A DNA stretch of 64,000 nt from Eledone cirrhosa (Eukaryota): the NCBI GenBank assembly GCA_964016885.1, contig OZ024740.1, forward strand, positions 203,422,001-203,486,000, written 5' to 3'. The position numbers were made by a program, and so were the translations under genes. Positions within the stretch are counted from its first letter, which is position 1. The number at the start of each line of letters is the position of its first letter. Positions 13,820 through 25,419 of the stretch are shown piece after piece. The notes beneath the pieces are model-generated. The model was not told the DNA's origin. It saw only the letters and a list, made by a program, of their open reading frames with translations, and did no database searches.

Positions 13820-13935
13820 TTAATCTTTAGCACGCTGAATTTTTTTTTGAATTGCTTCCCTTGATACTGCATTATGTATTAAGGGGAGATCCCTCTATTG
13901 GTGACATAAGGCACCTAGAGCGTGCTGAAGATTAA
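13820..13935. mobile_element. Small TTAA-flanked MITE (piggyBac-like)
   Basis: TTAA-TCTTTAGCACGCT ... AGCGTGCTGAAGA-TTAA terminal inverted repeats. Confidence 0.65.
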
Positions 13936-13974
13936 ATATGTTTCCATACTTTACCAAGAAAAGATTTTACTAAC

Positions 13975-14108
13975 CACTCCAAGTGAAAGCTGGGAACTTT
14001 GTCATATCTTGTCCTTCAGCATTATAGGCTCGGTTTACTTTATTCAGTTCTTCATCCAATGAACTTTGTACAACAGGTGTCACATCAACCATCTTGCCAC
14101 CAGCAGAT
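13975..14108 (-). CDS. ATP5PF: ATP synthase coupling factor 6, coding exon 2 (K SAGGKMVDVTPVVQSSLDEELNKVNRAYNAEGQDMTKFPAFTWS)
   Basis: TTTCAG acceptor, GTTAGT donor, 134 nt, phase 2 to 1. Aligns to mammalian F6 SGGPVD..ELEREL..DMNTFPTFKF. Confidence 0.92.
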
Positions 14109-15612
14109 CTGAAAGACAAACAAAACTATTTACATATACATATATATATATATTTGTTAATAGTGAATCTTGCCGATTCTATAGTCATTCGTTCAGTGCA
14201 TGATTAATAAGTTTATTACACAAGCATATATATAATTTTACATTCACTTTCTGGCATCAGTAGGATGGGATATTACAGTCCACGACAAGGTTGGTTAGAT
14301 AAGATTGTTTAGCCCATTCTGCTTTGGCATGGACTCTATGGCTGGATGTCCTTCCTAACGCCAACTACATTATAGAATGTACTGGATGTTTTTATTTGCT
14401 TTGAATCTGACAAGTCTAAGGGGCACTCACTACTTACCATTGTTTCTGTTTATGCAAGGCAGCATGACGGAGGAGGTAGGTGGATGGGAGTGAGAGAGAG
14501 TGATGACAAGAACTAGACTGAGTTGATATGTAGAGTGAGAGTGTGATCAGAGAGACAGTAATAGAAGAGAGGCAATGTGAAAATGGAGTCAGTGTATGAC
14601 AGAAAAGACACTGTGGATTGAGTAATCAAGAATTGGGTGGTGGATGCCACCAGAAGTGACCTTGAGAAGAGAAAGTGATGGTTGGTAGCACAGAAGGGAT
14701 TATGGTGGAAGAGGGAAGAGGAGGTTGTATATATATGTATGTATATATATCATCACTGTTTAACTTCCATTTCTCCATGCCTGCATGGGTTAGATGGGTT
14801 GTCCACGTCATGAGACAAGTCTGGCCAGCTGGCCGTGCCATACCTTGCTCAGAGGTAACTGTATTTTGGCTGGGATTTTACAGTTGGATGCCCTTCCTAA
14901 CATCAACCACGTTTACAGTATGGAAGTGGAGAGCACCATTGTTATGAGGAGGATCTGGCCAGTTGGCCATGTCAAGCCTTATTCATAATGGGGCCATGTT
15001 TGGGCTGGGTTTTTATGGTAGCTGGATACCCTTCGTACTGTCAACCACGCTCACAGTGTGGAACTGAAAGGTCGTGTTATGAGACAGGTCTGGCCAGGTG
15101 ACCACGCCATACCTTGCACAAACATATATATGAATATATACATATAATATATGTGATGCATATGAAGGATAACAGCTGTATAAAAAGGTGCAGTGCAGAG
15201 GACTCAAAGTTGATAGAAGCTATGGTTTAGGAAGACTTGGGATGAGGTGATCTTGCACAATTACACCTCTCAAAGTCAATGACACAAGATCAAGATCTCT
15301 GGTGTTATGCAGTAATACAGAAGATCCGCATTTCCATATGCACAGGTTGAAGCATACATCGTGTATACACTCCCCTTCCTTTCATACACACCCACTCTTC
15401 ATCCATGTCCTAAACCTCCACTCTTCTCCAGATAAGTGCCCCATCCTAGCCCTCACTGTAAATGTGGTTCCTGTTAGGAAGGGCATCCAGCCATAGAAAT
15501 CAAGCCAGAAATAGTTCTGTATGAGCAAGACATTCATCTAATCTGGCTTGTCTCACAGCAGGACAACTCATCTAACTCATACTAGCATGGAAAAATGGAT
15601 GTTAAAAGGTGA

Positions 15613-15656
<44 letters not shown>

Positions 15657-15658
<2 letters not shown>

Positions 15659-17313
15659 GCTGCCCATGGGAACTTCTCTATGCAGATGATCTAACGCTCA
15701 TAGCTGAATCGATGGATGAACTAGAGAAGAAATTCCAAACATCGAAGCATGGCCTAGAATCAAAAGGCCTTAAAGTTAATTTGTCTAAGACTAAAGTTCT
15801 AGTATGTAGGAAGGAAAATAGGGCACAGGTCCCCTTTGGGAAATGGCCATGCTCAGTGTGTAGGAAAGGAGTAGTAAGAAATTCCATTTTGTGTCCCAAA
15901 TGCAAAGTATGGGTGGACATCCCCACAAAGTAAGAAAACAGCACAGTCCCCATGACTTTCGGAAACATTTTTTCACGCTCAGAGTTGCTGAAGCATGGAA
16001 CAAACTACCTGCATCAGTTGTTAGCTGTCAAGACACTGCATCCTTTAAGGCCTCCATACTTCCCGAGATCCGCCAACACTACAGCTAATGTTCCCCCTCC
16101 ATACACATGTATACCATGACTCATACACTATTCACTTCCCTGACATTTGTGTATTATTCTATGTACTATACATACACCTTTGACGAGTTGTAGTGCACCT
16201 GAGCACTTTACACAATAATTTCATTATTATTATATAAAAGATGTAGTGGGATCACAGGTAAGTTAACTAAGAACATAGATTTTATATGTGGCCGGTGCTC
16301 AGGTGCAATAAGTAGCAAGTGCCCACAGGATACTAGCTCCTTCTATTGCCCAGATGGCTCTATAGAAATAGTGGACACCTTCCGTTATCTGGGTGACAAA
16401 ATCAGCAGTGGTGGAGGGTGTTCTGAAAGTACAGTAGCCAGAGTCTGAACGGGATGGAAAAAGTTCAGAGAGCTTATACCACTATTGGCCGCTAAAAGTT
16501 TCTCTCTAAAAATGAAAGGCAGACTGTATGATGCCTGTACCACGAACAGCAATGTTACATATCAGTGAGACATGGGCATTGTGTGCAGAGGATCTGCGCA
16601 GACTGGAGAGGAACGAAGCATGCATGCTCCGCTGGATGTGTAATAGTAATATACGTGAACAGCAAAGCATAAATGAACTAAGTGAGAAATTAGGTATAAG
16701 AGGGATCAGATGCTCTTTACTTGAGAGAAGACTACGTTGGTGTGATCACGTGATGTGCATGAAAGACAACAGCTCTATAAAAAAGTGCAGGGCGATAAAA
16801 TTGACGGCAGTTACAGAGTAGGCAGATCCAGAAAAACATGGGCCGATTTGATAAATTCCGACCTTACATACTTACACCTCTCTAAGACAATGTCACTGGA
16901 CCGAGATCTTTGGCACTACGCAGTAATACAGAAAACCTGCCTTGCCTAAGTACAAAGCGAAACCTACAGTCAGTAGGCACCTCTTAATCAAATATACACC
17001 CCCATCCCACCTCCCCCACCCCTTTCTCTGTAAAGTTATGTTGGCACCACAACATCCAGTCCGAAATAAATGAGGTCGTGTAGGTGTCACGACAAAAAAA
17101 AACACCCAGTCCATGCTGTAATGTGGCCGTGTAGGTAACAGTAAAAAGCTCCCAGTCCACACTGTAAACGTAGTTGGTGTTAGGAAGGGCATCCAGCCGT
17201 AGAAAACCTGCTAGACAGTCCCATACGAGCGAGACGCTGAATCTTTCCTCAAGTGGGGCAATTCCCGTCTAAACTCATGCTAGCGTGGAAGATAGATGTT
17301 AAACGATGACGAT
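15657..17313 (+). mobile_element. 5'-truncated RTE LINE interrupted by a CR1 fragment
   Basis: Starts after (TA)n at GCPWELLYADD, continues through WPCSVC...FICGRC and the RTE C-terminus, and ends in a GATGACGATGAT tail. Confidence 0.88.
15915..16232 (+). mobile_element. CR1-clade LINE 3' end nested in the RTE
   Basis: GHPHKVRKQH..RKHFFTLRVAEAWNKLPASVV is the typical CR1 ORF2 C-terminus, followed by a 3' UTR and (ATT)n tail. The RTE sequence resumes after it. Confidence 0.85.
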
Positions 17314-17399
17314 GATATATATATGCATAATATATAGTTATATAATATGATTGTTCTTTGGTTGATATACAAACATCTCTTCAGATGAATTGAACTTAC

Positions 17400-17566
17400 T
17401 TGCTTTTGCTTGCATATTCTCTGATTTTAGATACAAATAGCTGTTGGATAGGGTCAAGTGTAGCTGCACTCTGTAGAGCTGGAGCAGATATCCCAATGTT
17501 TCGCTGTGCAGTAACACTGATCACTCGAGAGACACTGTTGACACCACTGAGAAGTCTGGGAAACAT
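17400..17566 (-). CDS. ATP5PF: ATP synthase coupling factor 6, first coding exon (mitochondrial presequence + LDPIQQLFVSKIREY)
   Basis: MFPRLLSGVNSVSRVISVTAQRNIGISAPALQSAATLDPIQQLFVSKIREYASKS matches the F6 signature RNIG...LDPIQKLFVDKIREY. Acceptor CAATAG 8 nt upstream of the ATG; donor GTAAGT at 17399. Confidence 0.93.
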
Positions 17567-19019
17567 CTTGGCAACTATTGAAAGAAACCATTAGTATTAA
17601 CTCATTAAGGACAACAAATAATGAATTTAAGAATCTAATCACATGTAAAATTTATTAACTCTTTTAATACCAATTTGATAAAGCCAGCTCTGGTTATATT
17701 AAACAAAACCACCCATTTTAAAGGTTTACTATTTAAATCGAAATAATTTCATATGAAAACCATACCTCAGGAATAAAATAATAATTTTAGCAAATTCCTC
17801 AAAATCTATCAATTAATTGAAATAGAGCGACTCTTATTAGAAATATGGTCACAAAATGGTTAAACTTTAGTTTAAAAACATAAAAATACAAAATCTCTAA
17901 TTGAAATATATTAATATAAGGTAAAACTGTACAAAGCCTATGTATCATCATCATCAACACCATTTTACATCTCTTTTTCCATGGATTGGAAAGGTTGTTA
18001 CAGACCAAGTCAGTACTTAAATCAGAGTTACTGCCTTCCTAGATGGATCAGAGGACTACATCTTGCTCAGACACTTTTCAATTTTGGAATGGTTTTGGTA
18101 CTGGGTACACTTTATCATGGCACAAGTAGTAGAGAGGCTGTCTTGTATTTGATGGAACAGAAGAGTCCTCTTTATTCTTTCTTGGAATGGTTTCTACAAC
18201 TAAATGTCCTTCCTAATGCCAACCCCTTTGCAGAGTGTAATGGATGCATTTTATCATGGTACCAACACTTGAGAGGTTGTCTTGTCCTTGACAAAACTGA
18301 AGAGTCCTCATTACTCTATGTTGCATATCTGTCTGTAGGTTTGTCCCAGTATTTCATCAGCATCTAACACTGGTCAATACCATATTTAAAATAAGTATGG
18401 GCTGGTATCAAGAACATTAAAAAGTCTTGTTCAATCCAACATGGAAAAATACAAACAAAAATAATAATGATGACAATGGATTACTACAATCCACGTTAGA
18501 CTAGACTTTTCAAAGAACCATGCCTTGACTTTCACATTCCATATTTGGCATGGTTTCTATGCCTGGATGCCCTTTTTAATGCCAACCACTTTACAAAGTG
18601 TACAGGGTACATTTTATCATGGCATGAGCATTGCTACTTCACAGAATGTAGTGAGTGCATTTATCATGACACCAGCACTGCCACTTTTCATAGATGTGGA
18701 ATTTCATCTGAGGGTACTCTGTCATTGGAATGTAAATAAAAACTTAATGTTTAAGAACTTGGTGTGGTACACATATGGCAACAAAAGGAGTTGTTCGAGT
18801 GTTGGTATATTTCTGGCTCTGTACTCTGAGTTCAAATCCTGCCGAGATCAACTTTGCCTTTCATCCTTTCAATGTTGTTAACGCAAAGTACCAGCTATTC
18901 AGAAATGCCTTACTAACGTGGTTTCACATGGTACATGACATTAAGAGTTAATGTAATACCAGACATATATAGTGAGGAATATAATCCAGTTTTGAATCCA
19001 TTTCTGTTCAGTTACATCG

Positions 19020-19631
19020 TTAACCCTTTCATTACAATATTTCTAGTGAAACACACTGCCTTCAATTTTAAAATCATTTTGAAAATAATTAAGAATTCAG
19101 AGGAATTTTAGTAATATAACTAACTTTCTCATTATTAAGCTGCTGTTTGGAACATAATACAGGTCCTTAGATTAAATTATATCAAAAGGTTTTTAGGTAA
19201 ATATAAACACTTTATAACCCTTCCATTACTATATTTCTAATGAAAAAAAAACTGTTTCTGATTTTCAAATAACTTCGAAAATAAGTTTGGAGGGATTTAA
19301 TAATATAACTAACTTTCTCATCATTAAGCTGCCATTTGGAACATAACACAGGTTCTAAGATTGAATTATAACAGAACGTTCTTAAGATAAATATAAACAC
19401 CTTAATCTTTTCATTACTATATTTTTAATGAAAGAAACTGTCCATGATTTTCAAATCACTGAAAATAATGAAGAATTTAGAGGGATTCGGTAAACTAACA
19501 TTCTCGTTATTTAGCTGTTATTTTGAACATAAAGGTTGTTACATAAAATTATGATGGAAGGTTTTGAGATAGGATACAAACAGCATTGTATCTTAAAACC
19601 AGGGGTGGTTTCAACAGTTTGGTATCAAAAG
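19020..19631 (+). mobile_element. Three tandem or nested units of a piggyBac-like MITE family
   Basis: A unit of about 190 bp beginning TTAACCCTTTCATTAC repeats at about 19020, 19212 and 19403 and ends GGTATCAAAAG. Same family as 42731-42954. Confidence 0.65.
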
Positions 19632-20869
19632 CATCAATGTCATTCCCTATCTATTTGCCAAACTTGAAGGCCTTCAAAATAAGGATACCTGTAAATATTT
19701 AAACAACCTAATAGATGTAAGAACCAAATCTTCCCTTAAATCACATTCTACTGAATGTTCCCTCTGCATAATGTAATTCAAGGACTATATTGTTGTCAAA
19801 TATGTCCTTCCCTTTTTAACCTTTTTGATACCAAACCACCTGTGGCTACACTGGTTTTATGATAAAGTTCTTGTTAGTTTTGAAGTCTTCATATTTCACT
19901 CTTAATATCTTGTAATGATTTAGTAGAAAAATATATAAAACAGTTTTGTTAAACCAAATGTTTAGTTCCTTCACTAGTAGATGGATTGTTGTGAAAATTA
20001 TTATTAACATTAGAGTAAAAACTAATTGTTAATGCGATCCAGCCATAGTGCTGTTTTGAACTTTTCAAGAATGTTTTGCTAATGCAGTTTCATACAGTAC
20101 AGGATGTTAAGTGTTAAATTAAAACATCCCATCATTTTATCTAAGAAAATTGTGTAAAGTTATACTCTAAAGAACATTTTAAAGTGCTTTTAAATAATCT
20201 ACAAAGCTAGACAAGGAACCAGTAATGCTGGCAATAAAAGTTAAGAGAAGACAACTGAAAATGCAGGCACAAGGAAATGTAAATAACTAGATTTAGTCAT
20301 CATCACCCGTAATAGCATGGGTTAGACATGTCATGGTCCGAGTCTTATTTGTTACTGCCTTTCTAGATGGGTTAGAGGATGTTGCTCATATATTTCATTT
20401 TCAGCATGGATGCCCTTCCTATCACCAACCCCTTTACAGTGTTGTGGGCATTTTTTTCCAAGGACCCCTGGGTGCATTTACTCAGTACTACCACATTACA
20501 ATGTACTGGATGCATTCTATCATGGCAACAGCACTACTGCTTTATCCTGGCACAATAACTTTTCTCCATTTAAGAAGCGCAAATAATTTTTTTTTGTTTT
20601 TATTTCTACTTTATTATATACTTATTTATATGTATGAATATTCCTTCTGAACAGATTTTCGAATTTAAGTACCAAGTACAACAAAATATTTTTACTTGCT
20701 CTAAAGTATACAGTGACTATTAAAAAGGTTTGGGAATCACGATCTTATAGGAATAAAGTAACGTATACTATTAATACACAGATATATCTCTATTACTGTA
20801 TTGTGGTGTAGTAAATAAATATATACATATACACCAGGCCCGAACACAACGGAACCAAACTCACATTGT

Positions 20870-21115
20870 CATTACCTCCGTCTCTCTCACTATTATACGT
20901 AAATGGGGGCCCACTCGCTGGCCGTCCCAACCTCCTCCGGCTGACAGAATAGAGAAGGCGTTTCCCCCCGGAGGATAGTGAGGGAGACGCGCTGGAAGAG
21001 CATTTCCAGCTCGCGCGAGGCTCACACCTGCGGGTAGCCAACTCTGTGCCGATTGTGGTGAGTACGGAGGTGGCCTTAGGGCCAAAGACACCACAAGTTT
21101 CCAATAAAGTTGTCC
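20870..21115 (-). mobile_element. CRE/MoTeR-like (RLE) non-LTR retrotransposon 3' fragment
   Basis: Frameshifted translation ETCGVFGPKA..LTTIGTELA..LFQRVSLTILRGNAFSIL resembles the RLE C-terminus (QRxSxxIQRGNAxSI). Confidence 0.65.
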
Positions 21116-22189
21116 ACCAGCTGATTGTTTCTCTAATTGCCATGTTTCGGAGGAAAGAGCCTTATCCACTCTTCGTCTTTGAGTGTGAAGGCACGTCTGA
21201 ATAGTTAGTGTTCGGTTCAAGAACGTAAGGTCAAAGTTTGATTCCCCTATGTATGTTGTGTCTTTACGCAAAACATTTCATTTAACGTTCACTAAGCTGA
21301 CGAAAACGAATTGCACCTGTAATTCAAAGAGCCAGTTATGTCACACTGAATCTCACCGAGAAATGCCTTAACAGTACACGTGCCTGTGAAATGCTCAGCT
21401 TCTTGCTCGTTAATTTTACGAGCAAGGTGTTTCGTTGTTCTAACAGCTGGAACACTCGTCGTCATAACAGATGGAGGTCCAACATTCCTTGAGTTCACAA
21501 TTTCGTACTGTCCTTTAGTATAAGTATTTATGTGCCTAGTTACATGTCACCTCTGGCCAAATATCTGCTTGCGAGTTATTAGCATTTTACTAGACTAATC
21601 AAAAAATGTATATGCTTTTTTTTTAATGCCGGCTTTTTTGCAACGAGCCTTAAAATAAAAGATACTAGTTCTGATATTTATAACAGACAGAGGATATATA
21701 ATGTAAATGACCTCCAGTACTTCAGCTGGGACTAGTTTTATTTCACCGTGAAGGATGAATAGCATCAAAGTCAACGTGATATGAACCCAGAACAGACGGG
21801 TTAGAATATATACATATATAGATAGATCGATATATAATATAACGAGCATATATATATATATACACACAAACGTATATATATTTATACACGAGTGTATATG
21901 TGTCTTTTCCGATGTCTTTTGATATAAAGCTAAATACATGTGGAGGTCATTGGTTCCTAAGATCTCGTAGAGTGATCATGTTATTGGCTTCAACATTAGT
22001 GAATTATATAAGAAAAATAAGCAACGGAAACCGTTTAGAGATAGGGAATAGCTAGAGATATAATGTGAAGGTTACATAGGACAAAACACAGAATGAGAGG
22101 AAAAATATAATAAAATGAAGATATAAATCATAATGAAAAAAAAAAGTAAAATCTGAAAATGGGTATTTAATAAATATTAAATATTCCTT

Positions 22190-22216
22190 ATATATAATTA
22201 TGTATATATACACGTG

Positions 22217-22248
<32 letters not shown>

Positions 22249-22510
22249 TAATGTATACACATAATGTGTGTATATATATATATACACACATTATGTGTAT
22301 ATATATATAAAATGTGTATATATATGCAATGTATATATATATATTTATATATACAATATATATACTTATATATTTATATATACAATATATATACTTATAT
22401 ATTTATATATACAATATATGTACATATATATTCATATATACAATATAAATACATATATATTTATATATAGAATATATATGTGTATATAAATATATATATA
22501 TGTTTGTGTG
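22190..22510. repeat. Complex (TA)-rich microsatellite
   Basis: About 320 bp of degenerate TATA/TACA/TGTA repeats. Confidence 0.9.
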
Positions 22511-22593
22511 TGGTGTTGGTAGAAAATCTTTTTTTAAAAGGTAGATATTATTGAAAATATGTATTTTATAAATACAATAAAAAAACTTCTTAC

Positions 22594-22720
22594 CCTGGGT
22601 ATATATGGGAGTTCTTGAAGAAGTGAAGATATATATATATATCTGTGGTGTTGGTAGAAGGACACAGACAGAGAAAACAAGGTGATTGTGATGTAGAATC
22701 TCGGTAACGTTCGTCAAACT
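22594..22720 (-). other. ATP5PF: Putative non-coding exon 1 of ATP5PF (5' end uncertain)
   Basis: Minus-strand donor CCAGGG|GTAAGA at 22593. The first coding exon has an acceptor upstream of its ATG, so an upstream exon is required. Confidence 0.6.
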
Positions 22721-23135
22721 CCGTGCGATTCCGTCTAGTTCCGCCAACAAAGAACGGGATGTCACGTGGCCAGAAGACTCGAGCTTGTTATTTCACCTGG
22801 AAGCCATTTCCGTTGGAGAAAATTTCCGGTGATCTTTTTTGTTGACTTCACCAACTTTAAGTGAGATTTATCCTATTTGGTCGCACTCTTTGTCTATCCG
22901 GATTGCTTCATCACTGATTTATGTTGTCATAAGGGTAAGTACGAACGTTCATGTTGGGTGTAAATTGTGAGAGAAAGCTGCGAGAAGCTATAGAGTGTGT
23001 GATTAAGGAGGAAGAAAGACAAGGTTGTTGTGTCAGTGATTGGAAGAAGGGACAGTGGAGAAAGAGGAAAGCATGGTGCCAAAGCCGGAAGTTTCATACG
23101 TAAATACTGAGCAGACTCCTGTTTCCTGTTATGGA
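22720..23135. promoter_or_regulatory. Putative bidirectional ATP5PF/GABPA promoter with ETS, E-box and YY1-like motifs
   Basis: Local CpG enrichment between two outward-facing splice donors. GTCACGTG 22761-22768, GCCATTT 22803-22809, ATTTCCGGT 22822-22830, CCGGAAGT 23085-23092. Confidence 0.7.
22830..22934 (+). other. GABPA: Putative non-coding exon 1 of GABPA (5' end uncertain)
   Basis: Strong donor AAGG|GTAAGT at 22935. The first coding exon at 43842 begins with an acceptor 2 nt before the ATG. Confidence 0.62.
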
Positions 23136-23788
23136 GTTGTGCATGCTACTTTGATATATATCCAAACCATTTCTTGCATCAATATGTTCCCTCAATTCTT
23201 TATCCGACATCAACGCAGTAAAATATTTCTTTCCAGTCCGCCATGTTTGCCTAATTTAACTCACTTCTTCGTCTTCTCTCTCCACACTCAACACCAAACC
23301 ATATCTATCTACACATTCTACCTACGCTCGTCACCGCCATATATTCTTTCTACATTTACACTTCATTTTAAAACATTTTTTAATATGAATTATTTTTTTC
23401 CCCACAACATTTCTCTTCAACGATGAAGATAAATATAATTAACTAGAAAAATCTTCGCAAGAATTCCAAAATGAAATTCATTCGACATTATACTCCTGCT
23501 TTGGTATTTCTGTATCTTGGTTCATCTTTCTCCTGCTTTGCCATGGTTGTTTATCACTATAATACAAAACATACACGTGTATATATCTACCTTTCTGTCC
23601 ACTTTACATATATCAATGTTCATTCCAAATTTTATTCATTGTTTTATATGTCATATATATATATATATATGGGTTAGTAAAAAACGTCTGTTAATGTACG
23701 TCTCATCCTCTGTATGAATTCGTACGCCATACCTATTATATATACATATGTATATGTAGCTTTCTCTTACATTTTAAATTCATATGTA

Positions 23789-23839
<51 letters not shown>

Positions 23840-23988
23840 TTTATTAAGCCCAAGTTTGAGTTTTGTTACTCCAGAGTTTCTCCTGTGTTCTCACAGCGTC
23901 ATCAGTCAAGATCTGACTTGTCTGATGACCCTGTCACTACACAAGTGAAACTTCAGAAGTAACAGAACTCAAACTTGGCTTTAATAAA
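23840..23988. ncRNA. Inverted pair of degenerate type I hammerhead-like motifs (probable PLE pLTR remnant)
   Basis: Plus: TTGT-CTGATGA-..-GAAA-CTTCAGAAG-TA-ACAG. Minus: CTGATGA-CGCTGTG AGAA CACAGGA-GAAA-CTCTGGAG-TA-ACAA. Both arms continue as AACTCAAACTTGG..TTAATAAA. Confidence 0.55.
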
Positions 23989-24093
23989 ATATTAATCTCT
24001 TTGTATCGAGTACTCATTCTCGCGACCATCAACATTAAGCGCGCACGCGCACGTGCGTATGCCAGCGTGGAAAGCGGACATAAAAACGATGTA

Positions 24094-24140
<47 letters not shown>

Positions 24141-24365
24141 GAAGGGAGCTGAGTAAATTGGTCTATTTATAAATACTAAGTAAACAAGAGTTTATACAAT
24201 TTGATCGTACTGACTCGGTGATTATAAACGCAAAATCTGGACTAACTAAAAAGTGTTGAATATTCTTCACTATCTTGTAACTTGGGCAGCTAGTTCAGAT
24301 AAAGATATCAACAAAAGAATGGTAATAATGTGGCACGTATGTCATAAAGTGGAGACTTCTGATAT

Positions 24366-24560
24366 TCTTGGCCCTACTACCACCTCCCAACTCACCACAA
24401 TCGGCGCGGAGTTGGCTACCCGCAGGTGTGTCCTCGCGAGCTGGAATGGTTCTTCCAACACGTCTCCCTCACCATTCTCCGGGAAACGTCTTCTCTATTC
24501 TGTCTGCGGGGCGACCAGTGCGTGGGCTCCCGCTTGCTTATAATAGTGAGAGATGGGGAG
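24366..24560 (+). mobile_element. CRE/MoTeR-like (RLE) retrotransposon 3' fragment, second copy
   Basis: Homologous to 20870-21115 in the opposite orientation (LTTIGAELATRRC..EWFFQHVSLTILRGNVFSIL). Confidence 0.62.
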
Positions 24561-25197
24561 AGCGAGTGAGACGGAGGCAGTGAGTGAAAGAGAGAGAATA
24601 TCAACGCACACGCACTTGATAAGACCTCGGAATAGTCTTCCAATTATGAGAGATGTGAAAGGGTAGGACCAGACTATTTTTAGCAACGGTTGAATCTGTC
24701 TTATGTGGTTGTGAGGCATGGACACTCACACAGAAACTTGGAAACTAAATGGACAGATTGGGCTCCTGTATGTTATGGATAGCTCTTGACATCATTTAAA
24801 AGAGCCACACCATTAATGCAGAGCCAAAGTTAACAAAATATAGAACAAATGAGTAAGGTCTTGTCTCAGAGAGTGACATTAGATAGAAAAATCGTCTCAA
24901 GAATTCCAAAATTCATTCAACATTATACTCCTGCTTCGTGTTTCTGTATCTTGGTTCATCTTTCTACAGCTTGCTATGGTTGCATAATACAAAACATACA
25001 TATGTATATAACCCAGGGCGTGACAACCCATCCAACCCATGTCAGCAAGAAAATCTAACATATGTATTATTCTAAACCTTACCCATTTGTCTATCCATTT
25101 ATTTATTCATCTCCCTCCTCCACACCCAAAAATAAGTGTTCATAAAGCTATCACTTGACTTCTTTCAACAGTTAAAATGTGTTCTGTGCCTACGAAC

Positions 25198-25286
25198 GCA
25201 TATCTGATGAGATGTCAGTGTAGAGTTGGAGCTCCGAACATTATGATCGAACCCTGATCTGACCGATATCGAAACATTTGTCATGC
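25198..25286 (+). ncRNA. Minimal type I hammerhead ribozyme-like motif
   Basis: GCATAT-CTGATGA-GATGTC..(long loop)..GATATC-GAAA-C ATTT G-TC-ATGC: intact core, 6-bp helix II, GUC cleavage triplet. Confidence 0.6.
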
Positions 25287-25419
25287 AATAGAGTTCATTC
25301 CTGCTTACTTGTACATATATATATATATATATATAATTTCGAAGTTACTGCCATTTTTTTCTTCAGAAAATATAACTTATACATTGCTCACATGTAAGTC
25401 TGTATTTGTGTGTATATAT

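Noticed and set aside
21130-21185. Minus-strand GACGA...CCGAAACATG resembling a hammerhead
   Set aside because: The CUGA core and cleavage triplet are not intact, so it cannot be supported.
21595-22765. Multiple Y/I-rich ORFs in the track
   Set aside because: These are translations of (TA)n microsatellite.
23040-23426. 128-aa ORF next to the promoter
   Set aside because: TTG start, no recognisable domain, and it lies downstream of the GABPA exon-1 donor, so it is intronic.
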